Assembly: GCF_004010195.1 (NCBI RefSeq)
Contig: NC_057751.1
Span: 7,840,137-7,904,136 of the forward strand
Direction: 5' to 3'
Origin: Chiloscyllium plagiosum
Taxonomy: Eukaryota
Length of the DNA: 64,000 bases
Under the pieces are notes generated by a model that was not told the DNA's origin, did no database searches, and worked only from the letters and a program-made list of their open reading frames with translations. How positions within the stretch are numbered: position 1 is the first letter of the stretch; the number at the start of each line of letters is the position of its first letter. Shown here one piece after another: positions 38,352 to 50,165 of the stretch. A program made the position numbers and the translations under genes.

Positions 38352-38872
38352 TTGTAAAGATAGAGGTGTCCAAGAGTCTCATTTAACAATGGAAGGGGAG
38401 TGACTAGTTCTCCGAGTTTAGGGTGTTTTTGTCTGGTTTGTTTTTGCTGTTGCAGTCACAAGATGTGTGAGTCCAAGAGTGTAGCAAGCTTCAGTCAAGG
38501 ATTCTTCTGCCTTCCTCTGAAATCTTTCCCTGGATGTTGCTCCCTCCTGCCCACAAGAATCTGTGTTTGAATTTACCTTTTTGCCAAGGGTGCGTTTATG
38601 GGAAGTTATTGTATTAGAGCAGTTAGTGAGCAATAGTTACTACATTGGGTTGGTTAAGTTTTTCAAAAGTCAAGTTAATCTAAATTCTGTTTTCTTTTGT
38701 TCATGTTTCAACTGTAGTGTTTAAATAAACTTTGTTCTGCGTAATGCCAAGTCGTTTGACCAGCTGCATCACACCTGGAATATCCACTACACACCTGCCT
38801 TTAAAATAAGAAAAAGTTAAGGTCGAGACTACCTTCTTCAAATATTTTGAGAGATCTGGCCTGGTCCATAAT
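38352..38872 (+). mobile_element. Solo-LTR-like dispersed repeat
   Basis: Starts tgt; its 3' 300 bp resembles 60220-60540 (tttgccaagggtg.gtttatggga...tttcaactgtagtgt...aataaa), which ends taaca. Confidence 0.5.
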
Positions 38873-39014
38873 ACGTGGAAGGACTTTTTGAAGTGCAGTC
38901 CAGCAGCAACTCATTTGTGGATAGGGCAATTCCCAAAAAACAGCAACGCAGCAAGCTGTATTTGTGACCTTGACTATATTCAGCACAATGCCTGGAGATA
39001 CTCCCTCGATTCAC

Positions 39015-39640
39015 AGAACATAGAATAATACAGAGCAGAACAGGCCTTTCAGCCCTCGATGTTGCGCCGACCTGTGAACTATTCTCAGCTCGTCCCCCTA
39101 CACTATCCTAAAATCATCCATGTGCTTATCTAAGGATTGTTTAAATCTCCCTAATGCAGCTGAGTTAACTACATTAGCAGGAAGGGCATTCCACCCCCTT
39201 ACCGCTCTCTGTGTAAAGAACCTGCCTCTGACATCAGTCTTAAATCTATCACCCCTCAATTTGTAGTTATGCCCCCTCGTACAAGCTGACGTCATCATCC
39301 TAGGAAAAAGACTTTCACTGTCTACCCTATCTAATCCTCTGACCATCTTGTATGTCTCTATCAAATACCCTCTCAGCCTTCTTCTTTCCAATGAGAACAG
39401 ACCCAGGTCTCTCAGCCTTTCCTCATAAGACCTTCCCTCCAGACCAGGCAACATCCTGGTAAATCTCCTCTGCACCTTTTCCAATGCTTCCACATCCTAC
39501 CCGAAATATGGGGGCCAGAACTGTACACAATATTCCAAGTGTGGCCGCACCGGCGCTTTGTATAGTTGCAGCATGATATTGCATCTCCGGAACTTAATCC
39601 CTCTACAAATGAAACCTAACACACCGTATGCCTTCTTAAC
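39015..39640 (-). mobile_element. CR1 LINE 3' end
   Basis: ORFs LQLYKAPVRPHLEYCVQFW and LEKVQRRFTRMLPGLEGRSYEERLRDLGLFSLERRRLRG. Confidence 0.92.
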
Positions 39641-40499
39641 ATTCTCTTGGAAGGAATGCCAAGGGATCTTCCCTGAGTGGGCAGACAAGGAGACAGAGAC
39701 TGCAATGCTACTCCAGGAGTAATGATAGGTCTTTTTGTATTGTTTCCTCCTACACTTCCAAGTCTGGGAAAGCGGGCACTAAATACAAGACTCTCTCCCC
39801 TCCCTGGTCAGGGACACCACAACTGTATGACTCTGAGCTTGCGGACATCAACAGACAAGCCCAAGTGAGCCAGAGTTGAAAGAACTAGATCTAACCCATT
39901 TGCTTTTCTGAAATTATCCAATTACAATCAAAAAGAAATAATTGTCTCTTTGAGCATCACATGTATAATTACCAGAAGCCAAGTAACAAATTTATCACGT
40001 TATTGAAGGAAGGCCAGGGAATATAGGCCACAATAATGTGACTACAAAATAGAGAAGAGAAAGAACATAGGATTCATCAATCTCCTGGAAAGCTGAAATC
40101 CCTGGATCAATAGTTTGTAATTGAAAGGATATCCAGAAAATAAAAGCTCAACCTGATTAACAGGAGCACATGTTAAATAAAGGGGAATGTAAGAGAGCCA
40201 GCCTGCATGTTTGGACTGGTTAGCCACTCTTACAGGAGGGTGGGAGGTCTTTTAGAGTCCGCCAGAGTCTTGCCAATCCTGCCTGACCATGCTGCAGTCC
40301 CCCAGCCTGCTCTCTGATTTGATGTGATACGATGTATTCCAATCCCATGTACATAAGTACAGTGAAGGGCTTTGTTTTTCAAGCGGTACAGGCAGACCTT
40401 GGCACACAAGGAGAGACAGGGCGGGACACACGGGTTACACAACACACCTGCACTGTCCGGCTAGTGAACGTCGGTCGGGACGTCCCGGACGTGTGATAG

Positions 40500-40536
40500 T
40501 ACACGTACACATACACCCACCCACACACACACACAC
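40500..40536. repeat. Imperfect (CA)n microsatellite
   Basis: acacgtacacatacacccacccacacacacacacac. Confidence 0.7.
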
Positions 40537-40659
40537 CTCAGCGTTGTTAAGTTTTGGCAAGAATGGTACAGAGTCCCAGTGAGAAGTCTCACTGTGATGA
40601 TTGATGAGTCATGAATAGCCTCACCTCTCAGGCATTAAGATTAAGATCCTGTAAAAATA

Positions 40660-41232
40660 CTATCACCTCAACCTGCGATGATGAGGGCTTCCAAGCCCTC
40701 TGTTTCTTCCTCTCCCGGCATCCCCAGCAGTACCCGTGCACTGAAACTGTCATTCATTTGGCCAAACTGTTCCTCACCCTCAGTAATTTCTCCTGAGAAT
40801 CCTCCCACTTCCGCCAGACAAAACGGGTAGCCACGGGCACCCAATGGACCCCAGCTTTGCCTGTCTCTTTGTCAGTTACGTGGAACATTCCACCTTCCGC
40901 AGTTACATCGGCACCATTCCCCACCTTTTCCTCCACCACATCCATGCCTGTATAGGCTCCGAAGAGGAGGTTGAACATTTCATCAACTTCACTAACACAT
41001 TCCACCCCAACCCTAAATTCACCTGGACCATCTCAGACACCCCCCTCCCCTTCCCCGACCTCCCCATCTCCATCAACGGTGACTGACTCAACACAGACAA
41101 CTACAAATCCATTGACTCCCACAGCTACCTGGACTACACCTCCTCCCACCCTGCCTCCTGTAAAAACGCTATCCTTCCAGAACCCCACTCTCGACACTGA
41201 TCTCCAGCATCTGCAGTCCTCACTTTTTCCTA
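40660..41232 (+). mobile_element. Penelope-like element RT fragment fused to the family A terminus
   Basis: PSFACLFVSYVEHSTFRSYIGTIPHLFLHHIHACIG...FINFTNTFHPNPKFTWTISDTPLPFPDL, then YKSIDSHSYLDYTSSHPASCKNAI (PLE RT/thumb); joined directly to ccactctcgacactgatctccagcatctgcagtcctcactttttcc. Confidence 0.88.
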
Positions 41233-42044
41233 GCCATTAAGGTCCTGCCCAGTCTGCCATTAACAGGATAGCCACCTTCAAATGGACTGGAGGACCACAA
41301 TGTTTCCTTCACCCTTACATGGGACGTTGGCATTTGGTGTCCATCACAAAGTGACCCTTAAACCCAAGTGGGTCTAGTGCCACAGTTGACAAGGTAGTTG
41401 AAAATGAACCACAAATACCTTGGGGTGCAGAGGTATTGTCTCTACCTTTGGTTCAGAAGGTCTGGGTTCAAGTCCTGCTAGTATACATGTCACAGCAGTT
41501 AATTAACAAGTTAGTTCAGTGAACCACATTCTTGTGGCTCTGAAATCACACATGGACCAGGCCCAGTGAGGATGGAGGATTTCTCTCCTGGAGTGACATG
41601 AGTAAATCAGCTGGGATTTTACAGGAATTGGGTGAGAGTTTCACAGTCACCATACTGAGGGTTGCTTTAATTATAGATTCACAAACTGAATTTCAACGCC
41701 ACCAAATACGGTGTTGGGATTTGTAACCTGCCTCCAGAGCCTTAGTCTGGGCCACAGGATGAGACAGCTACTGACATAACCACTGGGGCACTGAGACTTG
41801 GTCATTAAATCCACATGATGGAAGTTTGTAACATAATAACAGTTTGGTGAGTTGTTAGATTGAAAAGTAGATTTGACTGGGGCTCAGGGTGTTTGGTAGT
41901 GCGTGGCTCTACATAGCTTTTAGAAAAAGGGTCAGCAAAAACAAAGCATTCCAATACATGACCTGCATTGAGCTCAATGTCTCATCAAGTTACCCCGTGC
42001 GATAACTGCAGCTTATTGCAGACTTGCAGACCTACGTGGGTTGA

Positions 42045-42345
42045 ACTGTGGCACAGTGGTTAGCACTGCTGTCTCACAGTGACAGGGTTTGATTCCAGTG
42101 TTGGATGACTGTCTGCGTGGAATGTCCATGCTCTCCCTGTGTCAGTGTGGGTATCTTCCAGGAACGCGAGTTTGCTCCTACAATCCAAAGATGTGCAGGC
42201 GAGGTGGCTTGGCCAGGCTAAATGTGGGTTTATAGGGATAGGGTAGGGGCCTGGGTCTGGTTGGGATGGTCTTCAGAGGTTCGGTGCAAACCCGAGGGGC
42301 CGAATGGCCTCTTTCTGCATTTTAGGAGTTCAGTGATTTTCTATG
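42045..42345 (+). mobile_element. HE1/V-SINE, decayed
   Basis: gtggcacagtggttagcactgctgtctcacagtg head, V-domain and tail. Confidence 0.8.
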
Positions 42346-43419
42346 AGACAGCAAACACTCGTGGCCACAGGGGAGTTGAGTTCAGAGGAAAAGATCCACT
42401 TCCAGTGAAAGGGCAGTTTTTAAGTTTGTCAAAATTTTCAGGCCATCTGAGCTGGAAAGAAGCCTTAACCTATTTTAACAGCTGGAAAGTAGTCAGAGGA
42501 AGACAACACTCAGAGAGTTAGCATGTGTCTCGGGGAGAGACAGGAATGGAGAGAGCCGCAGTTAATGGATGTGCAAAAACACTTGGAACCTTGTCTTTGG
42601 CTCAGAACTTTCCTATGTGAAGACAGAAGTGGTATTTCACTGGTGTTGAGTGTCTGTTAAGGATTTTGCTGAGAAAAGTATTTCTTTTTTTGCTGTTTGC
42701 GCTAACATTTTCCAAATTGCCTTGTGTAAAAGGCTCTTCTATGAGTAATAAGTTTAAAATTAATTTCTTTTAAGTATATTCACATCCTCATACAGTAACT
42801 TCAATGAGAGTCACCAAGATAATCAAATTCCAAAACTGAAACTTGTGGTCCATCAAGCCAGGTTTTACTCTGGAAATTGACTTGCCCAGTATCATCAGCT
42901 GGGGACCAAACAACTCCAAGAATACTGGATAAAAGCAAACTGCAAGAACACACCACATTTCCAGAGCAAAGATATACCTGGTCAGAATCCTTTCTTGATT
43001 TTGGCTGTGTTTGAGTGAATGTGTTTTCAGAGAGGTGACGTGTGGAAGGATTGCGAAAGAAGAATATCCTTTGAAAAAAGTTGCAGGTTAAGAAGAATTG
43101 CATGCATTTTCAGCTCTCGGTTGAACACCAATTATAGATTGACGTGCCAGTGCAGTTCTGAGGGAGTGCTGCACAGGTGGATGGGTGGGCTTTTAAACTG
43201 AGACTAATCTGCTTTCTCAAGTGGATGGAACAGATCCCATGGTCCTGCTCTGGAGAAGTTTAAGTGAGGTGTCCCTGCTGTGCTGTCCAGGATTTATCCC
43301 ACAGTCAATGCCATTCTTTTTACTTTGTACACTACACAAGCAGGGTTCAGTTGTTCTTTTTAGCACGGGGATGAGGAGTCTCAAGCTGGTAGGTGCTGAG
43401 AGGGTTGGGGGAGGCAGAA

Positions 43420-43800
43420 GAGGGATGTAGGTTGGGGTCGGAATGGACAGAGGTGTAGAAAGGAGACATGAGAGAGAGGCTTGGAAAGAGTAGGTGTGCA
43501 GAGAGGAGAGTGAGGCTAAGGCGGAAGGAAGAGTTTGGGGCAGGAGAACAAAGGGGAAGGTTAGATTGAGGGGAAAGACACTGGTGTAGAGGAGCAGACT
43601 GGAGTCAGTGGGATGGTACCAATGAGATTTGGGAAAGAGGTGCAAGGAGAGGGGGGGCGGTGAGGAAGACAGGTGATGGGATCTGACAGGAGTGGAGTGA
43701 GTCAGAGAGGAAGGAAGGGGAAAAAGCGAGGGGAGAGGCAAGGTACAGGACAGAAGGTACAGTGAAGAGAGAGTGAGAGACAGAAAGATGAAGACAGGGA
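43420..43800. repeat. Purine (GA)-rich low-complexity tract
   Basis: Strong G/A skew on the plus strand; explains the Ser/Leu/Pro-rich 211-aa ORF. Confidence 0.75.
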
Positions 43801-44419
43801 CCATTCCAGAACCACATGGTGTGTCAGGGTTTCTAACAAATGACTCGACCAATCATGAAAACATAAACAGTATGTGTGTTTGAATAGGCCACGAGTCGAA
43901 CATTAATCAGTTCACTACCAACTTGGTTCACTCCTTCAATGAGATTCAAACCATTTAAAATGTTTTCAACTCAATTGAATTTCTCCTAATGCTCTATGTT
44001 AGGAAATTTGATTTAGTGGGTCCAGATTTCTTCATTGCTGCATAACCACAGGCCAGCTGTATTACTCCACTTTATTGCACGATTTGTTTAAATAAATTCA
44101 GACAGAACAGAACTTGTTTGAGGATCACTATAAAATCCCATTTGCTCAACATATGCTGCATGAGAGATGCTTTCAGCTTCCTATCGGCTGTTTATGTACA
44201 GGATTACATTACCCCTGATGGGAATACATGTTAAAATATAATTGTCCTAATTGGTGCTGCTTCTTCCTCTCAATCTCCAATCTGTGGGAAATTTAGTGAT
44301 TCATGAAGTTTGATTCTGGTCTTTTCTTGTCAGGGGCAAATGGAGGGTGGTGAAAGTCACAACTGCCAGATTTGTGAGTGACACTGACACTCTGTAAATG
44401 ACTCAAGTGTTTACCTCGT

Positions 44420-44640
44420 GAGGAGTTTGCACATTCTCCCAGTGTCTGAGTGGGTTTCCTCCGGCTGCTCCGGTTTCCTCCCACAGTCCAGAGATGTGCA
44501 GGTTCGGATGGGTTGACCATGCTAAATTACCCACAGTGTTCAGGGATCTGCAGACTCAGTGAATTAGTCATAGAAAATGCAGGGTTACAGGGATAGGATA
44601 GGGGTTGTGTATGGGTGGGATTCCCTTCAGAGGGTCTGGG
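44420..44640 (+). mobile_element. HE1/V-SINE fragment
   Basis: V-domain ggagtttgcacattctccc...ccggtttcctcccacagtcc. Confidence 0.8.
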
Positions 44641-45169
44641 AGAAAGACTGGGAGAAAGAAAGGGTATCTCCAGGTATCTCCCACTTCATCAGTGCTAACG
44701 GGGATACACAACAGATGTTGCATGAATGAAATGCTGGATGGATTTCTAAACTGAAATGTCATCCAACAGGTGACCAGGTGAAATGAGGTGTGAGTGCTGT
44801 CCCCTGCCCTTTCTCTGTGGGCGTGAGACCAACGGATGACACAAATAAAGCTGCAAGAATCCCAAAGGTGAGGCAAGGTGAGAAGATGAACATGTTGATG
44901 CAGAAGGACGCGGAGGCCAAGCTGGATGAGGCTTGCAGGTTGGAAAACCAAAGGCATACTTAAGGAAAGTCATCCTTACAGGCGTAGAATGAGATTTAAG
45001 TCATCGATCGACAGACAGGTCGGGTTGGCAAAGAAGTGATGAAGGGTGTCAGAATTTTCACAGGGAAAATATCCAACAAGTTCAACAGCAGACAAGAGTC
45101 AATGGGTGAGACTCAGGGACAGACCACTGAGAGGAGAAGCTGGGAAACGATCGAGTGCTTGACCATGAG

Positions 45170-45625
45170 AAACAAAGAACACCTAAAGTGCAGAAGCAGG
45201 CCATTCGGCCCATCAAGTCTACACCAACCGTCCGAAGGGAATCTCACCCAGACACAACCCCCTCTTCTATCCCTGTAACCCTGCATTTTCTATGACTAAT
45301 CTGCTGATCCTTGAACACTATGGGTAATTTAGCATGGTCTAGATTAGAGTGGTGCTGGAAAAGCACAACAGTTCAGGCAGCATCCGAGGAGCAGTAAAAT
45401 TGACTTTTCGGGCAAAAGCCCTTCATCAGGAATAATTTAGCATGGCCAACCCATCCTAACCTCCACAACTCTGGACTGTGGGAGGAAACCGGAGCACCCG
45501 GATGAAACCCACGCAGACATGAGGAGAATGTGCAAACTCCTCACAGTTGCTCAAGGCTGGAGTGGAACGCAGGTCCCTGCCACTGTGAGGCAGCGGTGCT
45601 AACCACTAAGCCACTGCGACACCCA
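45170..45625 (-). mobile_element. HE1/V-SINE interrupted by a hammerhead element
   Basis: SINE sequence is continuous once 45338-45445 is removed. Confidence 0.82.
45338..45432 (-). mobile_element. Family A single-arm element with 13-bp TSD and hammerhead motif
   Basis: TSD taatttagcatgg at 45325-45337 and 45433-45445; minus-strand uuc CUGAUGA a gggc-uuuu-gccc GAAAA GUC at ~45399-45432. Confidence 0.85.
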
Positions 45626-46859
45626 GTGACGGTCAAGAAGAATGAGGGATGGAGAGCACAGACAGAAAAGGGAAGGGGAGAGACCAGTGACTCAAATTGT
45701 GAAGGTCATGTGAAGAGTTGAAAGGTTCAAACAAGGAAAGTGATTGTGTCATTAGCTGAGTGGAATGAGGTGAATCCAATCAAGGGCAAGGCTACAGACT
45801 GTTCAGTTCAAACACGTCTCCTGTGCCACACCTAACATCACTGGGAAGGTGCCCTTTTAAATCTGAACGAGGAAGAATAAGTGCTGGTCAACTTGTGGCA
45901 GACCGCAATGCAGACCACCCACGTATCTGAACCTAATTTACCTGGTTCAGCTGTGAGATTGAATGAAGTGACACAGAGCTGTCAGGTCATCCATGTGGGA
46001 CGAAGAGAAGAAGCAGCGATTATTTTTTTTTTGATAATTCAGAGAACCCACGTCAGTCCTGTCTCCAGACTGACTCCCCCACTTGCAAACAACCTCCTCA
46101 CAGGCTTTCAATTCGTGCCATTTTAACACACTGCTTTCTCAAAATGGTCCTTCCCGCAGCCTGACAGTTCCCACAACAGTGAGAAAGAAGCATTGCCTGC
46201 TGACTCTGATCTGCAAAGATGGGTTTTTGGCTCAGCGCAGTCAGAAATATTGCTCAATCCCCAGCTTAACCCCATCTCACTTCCAGCAACGAAACATTTC
46301 ACCGTGGGTCTCTTGAGCCTCTGCCATAATCTCCATCTCCAAATCCCATCTTCACCCCTGACAGAAATGAAAATACAGCGATTGAAGATGACAAGAGGAA
46401 ACAGTCCCAAAGGCAGGAAGGGAATGTCACAGCAATGGCAGAAACAGAATTTGCTCCATCTCGCTAATGTCTACAAACTATCTCCAAGGGATAGTTCAGG
46501 ACAGCAACGGAATAGTCTTCACTCGTCAAATGGATGAAGCTCCACTTAAGATGTGTGGCAACATTTGGAACAAAGCAGTCCACTTGACTGACATTCCATC
46601 CAGATATTTCAGCGTTCACTCCTGCCACCACTGACACACAACAGCATCACCGTGCGTACTGTCTGAAGGATGCAATGCAGCAACTCATCAAGGCTCCTCC
46701 GTGAGCTAACATGTGACCTCCACCATCCAGAATGACACCACCTCCTGCAATTGCCCCTCCAGACCATGCACCACCCATGACTTGGAAGTATATTGACCAT
46801 CCTTTACTGCCGCAGGGTCAAAATCTCGGAACTTGGCACCTAACAGAACTGTGCATGGA

Positions 46860-47195
46860 CACATACGGCACTGAAACAGGCCCTTTGGTCCAAACTGTCC
46901 ATGCCGAACAGGAATCCTAAACTAAATCAATCCCATTGGCCTGTATTTGGCCCACATCCCTCTAAACATTTCTTTTCCACACACCTGTACAGGCGTCTTT
47001 TAAATGTATTTGTGTCCGCTTCCTCTGGCAGTTCATTCCATACACGTGCCACCCTCCGCGTAAAAAGGTTGCCACTCAGGTCCCTTTTCAATCTTTCTCC
47101 CTCACCATAAACCAAAGCCCTCTAGCTTTGGACTCGCCCTGCCCTGGGAAAAAAGACCTCAGCTATTCACCTCATATGTGCCCCTCATGATTTTG
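46860..47195 (-). mobile_element. CR1 LINE 3' end
   Basis: ORF GERLKRDLSGNLFTRRVARVWNELPEE. Confidence 0.85.
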
Positions 47196-47459
47196 AGCCA
47201 ACTCATCAACTCATGCGGTGGGTCAAGGTGCTGCCTCGAGGGCCAATGAATCACAGCCCAGCAGCGAGATCCCTGGGCTACAGAGAGGTACAGAGTGTCT
47301 GGGGCAGCATTTGAAACACAACAATTGGCCACAGCACTGTTGGGCAGACAGGAGGGATGGCTGAAGGTCAGATGAGGACACAACTGTCCTAGGCACATGC
47401 ATCACAGATGGTTTCATTATAGAACATGGACAGATTTTGTGGTCACAGATGCGCAATAT

Positions 47460-47645
47460 CCATGTGGCTCAGTGGTTAGCACTGCTATCTCACACCATGA
47501 GAGACCTGGGCTCGATTCCAGCCATTGGTGATTACCTGTGTGGAGTCTGCACAATCTCCCCATGGGTTTCTTCTGGGTGCTCCGGTTTCCTCCCACACTC
47601 CAAAGATATGCAGCTAGATAGACTGGCCATGCTAAATTGCCCCAT
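47460..47645 (+). mobile_element. HE1/V-SINE 5' part
   Basis: gtggctcagtggttagcactgc head and V-domain. Confidence 0.8.
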
Positions 47646-47649
47646 AATC

Positions 47650-48028
47650 CCCTCCCCCAACCTTATCAATGTGGATTTCACCAGTTTCCTCATTTCCCCT
47701 CTCCCCCCACCTTATCCCAGTCCCAAGCCTCTAACTTGGCACTGTCCTCTTGACCTGACCATCACCTTTCCCATCTATCCAATCCGCCCTCCTCTCTGAC
47801 CTGTAACTTTCTCCTCCCACCTTCATCTACTTGTTGCATTTCCAGCTACCCTCCCCCTCCCATTTGTCTCTCAGCACCCCCAGCCAACAAGCCTCATTCC
47901 TGATGAAGGCCTTATGCCCGAAACGTCGATTGTCCTGCTCCTCGGATGCTGCGTGACCTGCTGTGCTTTTCTAGCACCACATTCTCCACTGTGATCTCCA
48001 GACAGCATCTGCAGTCCTCACTTTCTCC
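47650..48028 (+). mobile_element. Penelope-like element 3' end (ORF C-terminus, pyrimidine-rich UTR, family A terminus)
   Basis: PNLINVDFTSFLIS resembles PLE ORF ends; C/T-rich tract; then cauuc CUGAUGA aggccuuaugccc GAAAC GUC gauug at ~47895-47932 and the family A tail. Confidence 0.78.
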
Positions 48029-49434
48029 AGAGTGTCCAGGGATAAGTTCATGAGTGGGGAAGGTTTGGAGGTACATGGTGTAAAGCGCAGGCAAGTGTGA
48101 CACACTTAGTTTGGGAACATGGTGGATGTGAACTGGTTGTACCGAAGGGTCTGTTTCCATGCTATATGACTCTAGAGTCTACTAACACGTATGACAATGG
48201 CTAACTAATATTCCCTTCATCTAAAGGAGGGTACCCTGGCTGTGAAGCAAATGCGGTCTTTCCTCAGCCAGTACTTGTGACGCACAATCACTAGATCAAC
48301 TAATCTCATGGTCCTGGATTTGAGCTTTGGACACCTGAATTATGACAGCAGTAAGCTCAACACTGTACATCAAAGTGCGTCTTATCCGTTGAAGGAGAAC
48401 ACCTTCAACTGTGCTGATGTATGAGAGTCAGCCTGATCTCTGTAAAATGAGCACATGCATAAATCAGGAGCTCCTGTTCATCTGACCCCACTCTTTATGG
48501 CCAAGTCAAGTCTGACACAAATCGAGGTTATGGCATTGATGAGTAGAAGCCATAAAACAGGATATTTATTCTCCCATTTCCTCTATGCTCATAAATTCAG
48601 ATTTGTTTTATATTTAGTGAAGACCTGACTTAAATATTACAAAAAAAAAAGCAAAAGCTGAAAATACACAGCTGGTCTGGTAGCATCTGTGGATGGGGAG
48701 TGAGAGAATGAGTGAGTCGTATTTCAGATCAATGACCATTCTCGATGACTGATCTATCTCAGCCAGACCCTCTCATCTCAATGCAGAGCTCCCCAAGAAC
48801 AAAGGCAGCAAGAACATTTGCAAAAGAAAAGTCAGCAAAATAGAGCAAAATAAAAACACAACATGGAGAAACTCTGCAGAACATCTGGACAGAGAAACAG
48901 AGTTAATGTTTTGAATCCAGTGTGACTCTTGTTTAAACTTTGTGTGTTCAAGGTCGAGTCCTGAACTAGCCAGCCAGCAAATCATGGCTGCCCCAACACT
49001 GTTTCACTTCTGGTCTCTCTAAACATGTGGCTGGGGAGGTAACTCTGAGATGCCCTGCAGTCACTCATGTTCCATTTACTGGCTGAGGTTAGGCCTGGGG
49101 TCATGAGTGGAAGACAGCCCACACCCCTGTCAGTGAATATCCAAAACCCTCGCCATGTAATAATGACAGTGGCAAGGGAGGTCACCACTGGAGGTTTTCT
49201 AATTCAGGTCCCAGTTTCACATGATCTGACGTCATCATGACATCTTCCACGTTCAGTAGCTACACTGTAAGATAAAGTTAACCCCTTACTTCAGATAAAC
49301 AACCTAAGCCATTTCATAAGATTGTGGCTGTGAAACACAACCATAGCCACATAAGGGAGACATCAAGACCTTTGACCCAAACAGGCTGACTTTCAGAAGC
49401 ATCTTCAAGGAACGCAGTGAGGCATCGAGGTGAA

Positions 49435-50165
49435 GGATAAGAAACAAAGAAAATCAGAATAGATAGAGGTCCTTTTTGGTTATTCCGCCATTCCATATGA
49501 TCTTGGCTGATCATCCAACTCCATATCCTAGTCACACTTTGCCTCCATAAGCTCTAAGAGGAACTCCAAACCCCTTTTTGAAAACAGTCAATGTTTCAGT
49601 CTCAAATGCTTTCTCAGGCAGAAGATTCCACAGCTCACCATTGTGAAGAAGTTGCTCATTGTTAGTCCTAAGTGGTTTTTCATGTATCTTTGGACTGTGA
49701 CAAAAACAAGTAATAGCTGGCAAAACTCAGCAGGTCTGGCCGAATCTGTGGGGAGAAAGCAGAGTTTACATTTTGAATCCGGTGACTCTTCATCAGAACA
49801 CGAAGTCATCGGACTCAAAATATTAACTCCGCTCTCTCACCACAGATGCTGCCAGACCTGCTGAGTTTTGCCAGCTCTACCTTGTTTTTGTTTCAGATCC
49901 CCAGTGTCCACAGTTCTTTGTTTTACCTGAGACTCTGACCCCTGGTCCTAGACTTCCCGTCATCAGGAACATCCTTCCTGCATTTACCCAGTGTAGTCCT
50001 GTTAGAATTTTATAGGTTTCTATGAGATCTCCCCTCATTCTTACAAGCTCCAGGGAATGCAGTCCTAGCCAATCCAGGCTGCCTTTGTATATCAGTCCTG
50101 CCATCCCAGGAACCCGCCTAATAAACCTCTGTTGCACTTCCCCCACAGCCAGGAAGTCCTTCCTT
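49435..50165 (-). mobile_element. CR1 LINE 3' end, interrupted at ~49700-49924
   Basis: ORF VQQRFIRRVPGMAGL...RMRGDLIETYKILTGL; sequence resumes on the other side of the insertion. Confidence 0.82.
49700..49924. mobile_element. Penelope-derived fold-back element, family E
   Basis: Inverted arms agctggcaaaactcagcaggtctggc / gccagacctgctgagttttgccagct; minus-strand guu CUGAUGA a gaguc-accg-gauuc aaaaugua aac (decayed core); tail on the right. Confidence 0.72.

Noticed and set aside
43217..43852. 211-aa Ser/Leu/Pro-rich ORF
   Set aside because: Produced by a GA-rich low-complexity tract that lacks stops on the pyrimidine strand.
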